Of a DNA stretch of 64,000 bases, positions 57,473 to 64,000 are shown in pieces; the first letter of the stretch is position 1, and every line of letters starts with the position of its first letter. The translations under genes were made by a program, and so were the position numbers. The stretch lies in contig JAZLIY010000104.1 of the NCBI GenBank assembly GCA_045617645.1, forward strand, positions 69,830-133,829. The letters run 5' to 3'. A model generated the notes under the pieces. That model had not been told where the DNA came from. It did not search any database and was given only the letters and a program-made list of their open reading frames with translations. The DNA is from Bacteroidaceae bacterium. GTDB lineage: Bacteria > Bacteroidota > Bacteroidia > Bacteroidales > Bacteroidaceae.

Positions 57473-59611
57473 TCATTCTTTCACACGTCGAAGGATACAT
57501 GCAGAACGAGTGGGAAGATATAATTTAAGCCAACCTTTATTGTCTTTTGCCAAACCTCCATCATAAATAGTATAATGAATCAGTTTGTCATCATTGAAGC
57601 CATTGCCACCATAACAGGGTTCGTCTGTATTCAAGACATACTCGTATGCACCTTGCTTAACCATAAAACCATAGTCAACAAAAGATTTGAATGGACTAAA
57701 ATTAAAGAAGAAATAATAGTCTCCACGCTGAAATGCCAATACTTGGTCACCATCATTATGCCAAATCTCCTGAATATGACTTTTCTGGAATTGGCGCTGT
57801 TTTTTCAGCAATTTAAGGACAGCCATATCAAAATCAGCAAGGTAATGGTAGCACAATTCTTTGTCGTCAAGCAAATTCCATTGCCTACGAGCATACTTGT
57901 AACTCCATCCGTTTCCTTGACGAGGAAAATCAATCCATTCGGGATGTCCAAATTCATTTCCCATGAAATTAAGGTAGCCACCATTCATAGACGTCATCGT
58001 AAGTAAACGGATCATCTTATGCAAGGCGATACCCCGATTGACAAGTGCCGTCTGATCACCCTTTTTGAAATGCCAATACATATCAGAATCCACAAGTCTG
58101 AAAATTATTGTCTTATCTCCGACCAGGGCCTGATCATGACTTTCACAATATGATATGGTTCTTTCGTCGGAACGACGATTGGTGCATTCCCAAAACAAAG
58201 AACTCGGTTTCCAATCTTCATCACGTTGCTCTTTGATTATTTTAATCCAATAATCAGGTATATTCATAGCCAGACGGTAATCGAATCCATATCCACCGTC
58301 CTTGAATGGAACTGCAAGTCCAGGCATTCCACTTACATCTTCTGCTATGGTAATCGCGTTTTTCTTTACATCGTGGATTAATTCATTGGCCAATGTCAGA
58401 TAGCAAATAGCATCATCATCCTCATGGCCATTGTAATAATCACTATAATTTGTGAAATTCTCGCCCAAGCCATGACTATAATACAACATAGAAGTAACAC
58501 CATCGAAACGGAAACCATCGAAATGAAATTCTTCTAACCAATATTTGCAATTGGAAAGTAAGAAATGCAACACCTGATTCTTACCGTAGTCAAAACAAAG
58601 GCTATCCCATGCTGGATGCAAACGTCGATCTCCTTCACAAAAATACTGGCAAGGATCACCTGCGAAATTCGACAAACCTTCATTTTCATTTTTCGCAGAA
58701 TGACTATGAACAATATCCATGATTACAGACAAGCCGCTGGCATGGGCGGCATCTATCAGTTCTTTTAGTTCTTCCGGAGTCCCAAAACGGCTACTGGGGG
58801 CAAAGAAATTGGTTACATGGTAGCCAAAACTGCCATAAAACGGGTGTTCCTGAATCGCCATAATCTGAATGCAATTATAACCGGCCTTAACAACACGAGG
58901 CAGAACCTTTTCGCGAAATTCGGAATAGGTACCAACCTTTTCTTCGTTTTGCGCCATACCGATATGACATTCATATATGAGCAAAGGATTTGTATCTACA
59001 CGATATTTCTCAGCCTTCCACACATACGGAGTTGCGGGATTCCATACCTGGGCACTGAAAAGAAATGTCTGTGGGTCTTGAACCACACGCGTAGCCCATG
59101 CTGGTATACGTAAGCCTTCACCACCATCCCAATGAACGCTCAGTTTGTAATGATCACCATGCTTCATGGCCTTCAAAGGCAGATGGATTTCCCAATTTTC
59201 ACTGCCCTTAATACGTTTCAAGGCATATTTGCGGTTTTCGGTCCAATCATTGAAATCACCGACTAAAAACATAGACTTGGCATTGGGTGCCCATTCACGG
59301 AATACCCACTCCATTTCGCCATTGTCCAAAGACTGAAGATGCAAGCCAAAATACAAATACCCGGTTGCAAAATCATTCAAAGACATTTTACCTTTATTTG
59401 TAAGGCTATTCAACTTTTCAAAGACTCGATTATGCCGACCATTAATAGCATTTGAATAGGCTTCCAGATAAGCATCGTTCTTTATAAGACGCAATACCGG
59501 AGTTTCCTTTGTCTTTACTTTATTTACAACAACGGATGTTTTTTTTGCAGATGATTTCTTCGTCGTACTTTTCCTCCGCGATTTCTCGGTTGGGCTTTTT
59601 TTTGTAGCCAT
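57473..59611 (-). CDS. glgB: 1,4-alpha-glucan branching enzyme (GH13, eukaryote-like subfamily) with Lys/Ser-rich N-terminal extension
   Basis: GH13 regions: DIVHSHS, GFRFDGVTSM, EDVSG and ESHDQ. The start is set at ATG 59611 (MATKKSPTEKSRRKSTTKKSSAKK...). Confidence 0.9.
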   Translation of the reverse strand: MATKKSPTEKSRRKSTTKKSSAKKTSVVVNKVKTKETPVLRLIKNDAYLEAYSNAINGRHNRVFEKLNSLTNKGKMSLNDFATGYLYFGLHLQSLDNGEMEWVFREWAPNAKSMFLVGDFNDWTENRKYALKRIKGSENWEIHLPLKAMKHGDHYKLSVHWDGGEGLRIPAWATRVVQDPQTFLFSAQVWNPATPYVWKAEKYRVDTNPLLIYECHIGMAQNEEKVGTYSEFREKVLPRVVKAGYNCIQIMAIQEHPFYGSFGYHVTNFFAPSSRFGTPEELKELIDAAHASGLSVIMDIVHSHSAKNENEGLSNFAGDPCQYFCEGDRRLHPAWDSLCFDYGKNQVLHFLLSNCKYWLEEFHFDGFRFDGVTSMLYYSHGLGENFTNYSDYYNGHEDDDAICYLTLANELIHDVKKNAITIAEDVSGMPGLAVPFKDGGYGFDYRLAMNIPDYWIKIIKEQRDEDWKPSSLFWECTNRRSDERTISYCESHDQALVGDKTIIFRLVDSDMYWHFKKGDQTALVNRGIALHKMIRLLTMTSMNGGYLNFMGNEFGHPEWIDFPRQGNGWSYKYARRQWNLLDDKELCYHYLADFDMAVLKLLKKQRQFQKSHIQEIWHNDGDQVLAFQRGDYYFFFNFSPFKSFVDYGFMVKQGAYEYVLNTDEPCYGGNGFNDDKLIHYTIYDGGLAKDNKGWLKLYLPTRSACILRRVKE

Positions 59612-59633
59612 ATTTATACAAGTATTAGTAGTC

Positions 59634-60773
59634 TTATTTTGATTCACTGGGAGAAGGAGTACTTACAATACCATTTACATAAGTAACCTTTCGTACCGTT
59701 TCACCATTTTTATCTTTTTCTATAAACTCTCCATCCTTTTTGTCTTCATGGAAAGTCCCTTCATAACGGACTCCATCGACGTCTTCCAATACACCTGGGC
59801 CTTCTTTCATACCATTATGGAAATTTCCTTTGAACTTCGCACCATCAGCCTGTCGTATAATGCCTTCCCCTTCCATAACACCATCCTTCCATTGGCCTTC
59901 ATATACATCACCATTTGCCCATGTATATTTTCCAGAACCATTCTGTTTGTTCTGTTTCCAACTCCCTGTATACACAGCACCGCTGCTCCAAGTAAAAGTT
60001 CCTTGACCTTCTTGAACCCCACAATGGAAATGGCCGACATATTTATCTCCGTTTGCAAATTTAAAAATACCTTCGCCTGTGCGTTCACCTTTTTCATACT
60101 CTCCCTCATAGGTGTCACCATCGCAAAAAGAATAAATACCCTTTCCATGTTGCTGATCATTCAGCCATTCACCAGTATATGAATCTCCGGAAGCATATTT
60201 AAACGTACCTTTGCCGTTTTTCTTGTTTTCACTCCACTGGCCATCATACGTGTTTCCGTTTTTCCAATCAAAAAAGCCAGTTCCACATTTCTGGTCATTT
60301 TTCCATTGACCTTTATAAAAAGCGCCATTGGAAAAAGTATAAATGCCATCCCCCTCTCGTTTGTCTTGTACCCAAGAGCCAATGTACTGATCGCCGTTAT
60401 AGTAATACATTGTCCCCTCACCCTGTTGAAAATCGCGGAACCAAAGTCCTACGTACTTGTTGTTATTGGAAAAATAATATGTTCCTTGGCCATGCTGCTG
60501 ATCCTGATACCATTCGCCATCATATTTCTCACCATCAGGAAAATTATAGATACCATGCCCCTGACGTTTACCCTTGACGTATTCACCCGAATACGTGTCC
60601 CCATTAGGATAAGTGGTCACTCCTGTCCCGAAAGGCTTCCCTTTTAACATTTCGCCCTGATATTCTCCACCGTCAGGAAAAATATAATTTCCGATTTTTA
60701 TCTGTTGAGCAGAAACAACGATGAAACAAAAAAAGGAGAATATTAGGATGACGAATCTCTTATTTTGGGCCAT
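59634..60773 (-). CDS. Secreted MORN-repeat protein (~14 repeats)
   Basis: Signal/TM FVILIFSFFCFIVVSAQ followed by consecutive 23-aa YxGEWxxxxxxGxGxxxxxxG repeats (for example YSGEYVKGKRQGHGIYNFPDGEK, YDGEWYQDQQHGQGTYYFSNNNK). The start is at ATG 60773. The TTG extension overlaps the -7 box. Confidence 0.85.
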   Translation of the reverse strand: MAQNKRFVILIFSFFCFIVVSAQQIKIGNYIFPDGGEYQGEMLKGKPFGTGVTTYPNGDTYSGEYVKGKRQGHGIYNFPDGEKYDGEWYQDQQHGQGTYYFSNNNKYVGLWFRDFQQGEGTMYYYNGDQYIGSWVQDKREGDGIYTFSNGAFYKGQWKNDQKCGTGFFDWKNGNTYDGQWSENKKNGKGTFKYASGDSYTGEWLNDQQHGKGIYSFCDGDTYEGEYEKGERTGEGIFKFANGDKYVGHFHCGVQEGQGTFTWSSGAVYTGSWKQNKQNGSGKYTWANGDVYEGQWKDGVMEGEGIIRQADGAKFKGNFHNGMKEGPGVLEDVDGVRYEGTFHEDKKDGEFIEKDKNGETVRKVTYVNGIVSTPSPSESK

Positions 60774-60791
60774 TAAACATATAATTTTTCG

Positions 60792-60799
60792 CAAAGGTA
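60792..60799 (-). promoter_or_regulatory. Bacteroidetes -7 box (TAccTTTG on minus strand) for the MORN gene
   Basis: Reverse complement of caaaggta. It lies 18 nt upstream of ATG 60773. Confidence 0.5.
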
Positions 60800-60832
60800 C
60801 AAATTAAAAACAACACTGCAAAAAAAACAGCA

Positions 60833-61591
60833 TTATTTTAATGTTTTAATGTAAGATTCAGCACGTTGTAAATCTTCTGGTGTGTCGATTCCTATTGTTT
60901 CCACGTTGGTTACGCCAACCTTTATTTCATATCCATTTTCCAACCAACGAAGCTGTTCTAAAGATTCACATTTTTCCAAATCACCTGGAGGTAGAGCCGT
61001 TATTTCACGCAACACTTCTGCGCGATAGGCATATAAACCAATATGTTTATAAAAAAGATGTTTTTCTAACCATTCTTCCTTATCAACACCTCGCAAGAAT
61101 GGCACCACACTTCTGCTGAAATACAATGCCCGCATATCAGCACCAACAACAACTTTAGGTGAATTGGGATTCTCCAATGCCTGCAACCCATCATCAGGGG
61201 TAAAAGGCTTTACAAGCGTAGCTATCTGCGTCTTTTCATCACAAAAGCATGACATCACCGACTGAATCTGTGACGGATGAATAAACGGCTCATCACCTTG
61301 GATGTTAATTACGACATCTGAATTGCTTCCAATCCTTTGATATGCTTCATAACAACGGTCTGTACCACTACGATGGTTATTACTCGTCATTACAGCGCGT
61401 CCGCCAAAAGATTCAACAATCGACTTTATTCGTTCATCGTCAGTACATACCCATACGTTATCCAGTACCTTTGACACTTTTTCATACACATGCTGAATAA
61501 CAGGTTTTCCTTCCAATAAAGCTAATGGTTTTGCCGGGAATCTGGTACTGGCATATCTTGCTGGAATCAATCCGATAAAATTCAAATCCAT
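60833..61591 (-). CDS. kdsB: 3-deoxy-manno-octulosonate cytidylyltransferase (CMP-KDO synthetase)
   Basis: IGLIPARYASTRFPAKPL..., NIQGDEPF and the family length of 252 aa. Confidence 0.95.
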   Translation of the reverse strand: MDLNFIGLIPARYASTRFPAKPLALLEGKPVIQHVYEKVSKVLDNVWVCTDDERIKSIVESFGGRAVMTSNNHRSGTDRCYEAYQRIGSNSDVVINIQGDEPFIHPSQIQSVMSCFCDEKTQIATLVKPFTPDDGLQALENPNSPKVVVGADMRALYFSRSVVPFLRGVDKEEWLEKHLFYKHIGLYAYRAEVLREITALPPGDLEKCESLEQLRWLENGYEIKVGVTNVETIGIDTPEDLQRAESYIKTLK

Positions 61592-61596
61592 AGAAA

Positions 61597-63927
61597 CTAA
61601 TTAGTTAATTCATCCAATACGGCTTCGCCATCCATTATCTCATTGTCATTTTCATATACAGAACTACATGGGGCAAAATCAAATGGTATTTCAAAATTAT
61701 CTTCTTGGTTATAGCCCAAATGGCTGTCATCATACACTTTTTGCAAGAATTTTGCAGCAATAGGTAGAGCGGCATTTGCCCCCTGTCCTATAGCCATACT
61801 CGCAAAATGGATATCGCGTTCTTCTCCGCCAACCCATGCGCCGAATGTAAGGCTCGGAGTATAACCTACGAACCATCCGTCCGAATTATCATTCGTCGTC
61901 CCCGTTTTTCCGCCCATAGGAGCATGAATATGATAGCGGCCACGCATACGTCCACCGGTTCCTCCATCTATAACGCCACGCATAAGGGTTATCATTTTAT
62001 ATGCAGATTCCTCGGATATGACATCGTGAGCACGTGGAATAAAATCAGCCAGGACATTGCCATCATTATCTTCTATTTTTGTCACAAATATGGGAGTACA
62101 ACGAACGCCCTTTCTTGGGAATGTACTATAAGCACTCACCATTTCGTAAACAGATATATCACATGGTCCCAAGCACAACGACAGGGATGGGACTATATCC
62201 TGATTTTGAATACCAAATTCATGCAACAAACGCACAAAAGCAGCAGGAGAGAGCTGATTTATCAACCATGCAGAAATCCAATTGTTACTTTGAGCAAGCG
62301 CCCACTGCAGGGTTACCATTTCACCATAACGCGAACGACTTCCGTTTCTTGGTGTCCAAGTTTGACCGGCTTCCGTGGTATATGTTTCCTGCACATTGGG
62401 TGCAACATCACACGGACTCCATCCATTCTCCATAGCCAAAGCATATAAATAAGGTTTAATTGTAGAACCAACTTGACGGCGACCTTGAGTAACCATATCA
62501 TATTGGAAATGACTATAGTTTACGCCTCCGACATAAGCTTTCACCTGTCCAGAGTGATTATCCATACACATAAAGCCCGAACGCAAGAATCTCTTATAAT
62601 ACATAAGACTATCCATTGGGGTCATCACGGTATCAACCTCCCCATGAGAGGTATAAACCGTCATTTCTGTTTTTGTCTTGAAAGCCTTTTCTATTTCGGC
62701 TTCACTATACCCATCAGCTTTCATCTGTACGTAACGACCACATTGACGTTTCGCACGGTTTTTCAGATTTTCCACTTCTTTAGCTGGTAGGTTCGAGGCA
62801 TAAGGACAGTTCTTGTTCTTACTTAATTCACGTTCAAAAGCAGGCTGTAAATCTTCAGTTACATGCGATATCAATGTCTCCTCGGCATACTTCTGCATTC
62901 GGCTATCGATAGTCGTATAAATTTTCAGTCCATCAGTATAAATATTATATGGAGTTCCCTCCTTATTCATGTTTTTATTGCACCATCCGAATAGAGGATC
63001 TGTGGCCCATGCCAAGGAGTCGTCATAGAATTGTTGCTTCTGCCATGCTGAGTACTCACTTCTTTCCGGCTTTTTTGCCATTAAGATTTGTCGTAAATAT
63101 TCTCGCAAATAGGCCGCAGCCCCTTGTTTGTGATCCACCTGATGGAATTCCAATTGAATGGGCAGATCTGAAAAGCCATTTGCATCTTCTTTTGATAAAT
63201 ATCCAGCTTTTACCATTTGCCCTAAAACGATATTTCTTCGTGCCAGACATCGATCAGCAAACCGACGTGGGTTATAATAAGAAGGGTTCTTGCACATACC
63301 TATCAATGTTGCACTTTCCACCACAGACAAATTCTCCGGATCTTTATTGAAATAGGTTCTAGCCGCTGTTTTTATACCAACTGCATTATGAAGGAAGTCA
63401 AATTTATTTAAATACAGCGTGATTATCTCTTCTTTTGTATAAAAGCGCTCCAATTTCAATGCAATAACCCATTCTATCGGTTTCTGAAAAATTCGTTCTT
63501 TTACAGAAGAAGCCTTGGCAGAATATAATTGTTTTGCCAATTGTTGTGTAATCGTACTTCCTCCACCTGCATTCTTTTGATTAAAAACGCCTCGCTTTAC
63601 TATCGCACGAATCAATGCTCGATAATCTATACCGGAATGTTCATAAAAACGCTCGTCTTCAGTTGCGATTAAGGCTTGAATTGTAGAAGGGGCTATTTTA
63701 TCATAAGGAACAAACACCCGATTTTCACGACTATAGCTCCAGGTACCCAGCAATTGTCCATCAGAAGAAAGTACCTGCGACGCATACTTGTTAACAGGAT
63801 TCTCCAATCTCTGCAAATCGGGCATATATCCAATAGCACCCGTAAAAATGCCATAAAAGACATAAGCAAGAGAACATATAGACAATATGAAAATAGACCA
63901 AAGAAAAAGAATGATTTTTTTTCGCAT
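61597..63927 (-). CDS. mrcA: Penicillin-binding protein 1A (bifunctional glycosyltransferase/transpeptidase)
   Basis: GT51 motifs ATEDERFYEHSGID and GGSTITQQLAK. Transpeptidase motifs are STIKP, SNN and KTGTT. The start is set at ATG 63927. A -7 box (63952-63959) lies inside the TTG-extended ORF. Confidence 0.9.
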   Translation of the reverse strand: MRKKIILFLWSIFILSICSLAYVFYGIFTGAIGYMPDLQRLENPVNKYASQVLSSDGQLLGTWSYSRENRVFVPYDKIAPSTIQALIATEDERFYEHSGIDYRALIRAIVKRGVFNQKNAGGGSTITQQLAKQLYSAKASSVKERIFQKPIEWVIALKLERFYTKEEIITLYLNKFDFLHNAVGIKTAARTYFNKDPENLSVVESATLIGMCKNPSYYNPRRFADRCLARRNIVLGQMVKAGYLSKEDANGFSDLPIQLEFHQVDHKQGAAAYLREYLRQILMAKKPERSEYSAWQKQQFYDDSLAWATDPLFGWCNKNMNKEGTPYNIYTDGLKIYTTIDSRMQKYAEETLISHVTEDLQPAFERELSKNKNCPYASNLPAKEVENLKNRAKRQCGRYVQMKADGYSEAEIEKAFKTKTEMTVYTSHGEVDTVMTPMDSLMYYKRFLRSGFMCMDNHSGQVKAYVGGVNYSHFQYDMVTQGRRQVGSTIKPYLYALAMENGWSPCDVAPNVQETYTTEAGQTWTPRNGSRSRYGEMVTLQWALAQSNNWISAWLINQLSPAAFVRLLHEFGIQNQDIVPSLSLCLGPCDISVYEMVSAYSTFPRKGVRCTPIFVTKIEDNDGNVLADFIPRAHDVISEESAYKMITLMRGVIDGGTGGRMRGRYHIHAPMGGKTGTTNDNSDGWFVGYTPSLTFGAWVGGEERDIHFASMAIGQGANAALPIAAKFLQKVYDDSHLGYNQEDNFEIPFDFAPCSSVYENDNEIMDGEAVLDELTN

Positions 63928-63951
63928 AAAAAATATTTCACTTTTATGGTG

Positions 63952-63959
63952 CAAAGGTA
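63952..63959 (-). promoter_or_regulatory. Bacteroidetes -7 box (TAccTTTG on minus strand) for PBP1A-kdsB
   Basis: Reverse complement of caaaggta. It lies 24 nt upstream of ATG 63927. Confidence 0.5.
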
Positions 63960-64000
63960 CGACTTTAATTCGTATTTTTTTATATAAAAGAAAAAAAGTT

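Noticed and set aside
61807-62448. 213-aa plus-strand ORF
   Set aside because: It is antisense to PBP1A.

Overview
This window looks like a chromosomal, mostly housekeeping segment of a Bacteroidales genome, Prevotella/Segatella-like. The evidence is the protein content, many TAnnTTTG -7 promoter boxes, a T9SS C-terminal sorting domain and frequent short-leader starts. I call 53 CDS (one is 5'-truncated by the window edge), 4 tRNAs (Pro-TGG, Cys-GCA and two identical tandem Lys-CTT), several rho-independent terminators and a set of promoter boxes.

Main blocks:
- grpE-dnaJ-folC.
- A galactose utilisation block: galM, an MFS sugar transporter, galK, an SSS symporter and a convergent alpha-galactosidase-like hydrolase.
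- A tightly coupled serC-serA-DUF1015-yigZ operon.
- A small glycan-assembly locus with a flippase and 3 glycosyltransferases.
- aspS, a glutamine synthetase-like gene and gph.
- An Omp85/TamA-family protein.
- A GH92 mannosidase with an extra C-terminal catalytic-looking domain.
- kdgK-eda, rsmG, prmA, an FtsX/LolE permease, an aminotransferase, glgB, kdsB and PBP1A.

I see no CRISPR array, transposase, integrase, phage genes or recognisable defence or toxin modules.

The parts that standard annotation does not explain:
1. A ~900 bp ORF-free region upstream of a two-gene T9SS/surface-protein operon. It holds a perfect consensus promoter, a ~270 nt heavily nested structured RNA candidate that ends in a terminator-like hairpin, and three 23-bp tandem repeats that read as overlapping heptapeptide mini-ORFs.
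2. An operon pairing a secreted Trp/Tyr/Gly-rich, RGG/SGG-tailed low-complexity protein with a FadL/PorV-like outer-membrane barrel.
3. A degenerate 22-bp periodic array bracketed by a 10-bp inverted repeat upstream of the fadD-like gene.
4. A GH92 plus GH99-like domain fusion.
5. Several conserved-looking hypothetical proteins: one with an acidic tail, a zinc-ribbon-FHA protein and a MORN-repeat protein.

All functional calls come from reading the translated ORFs by eye. No database search was run.
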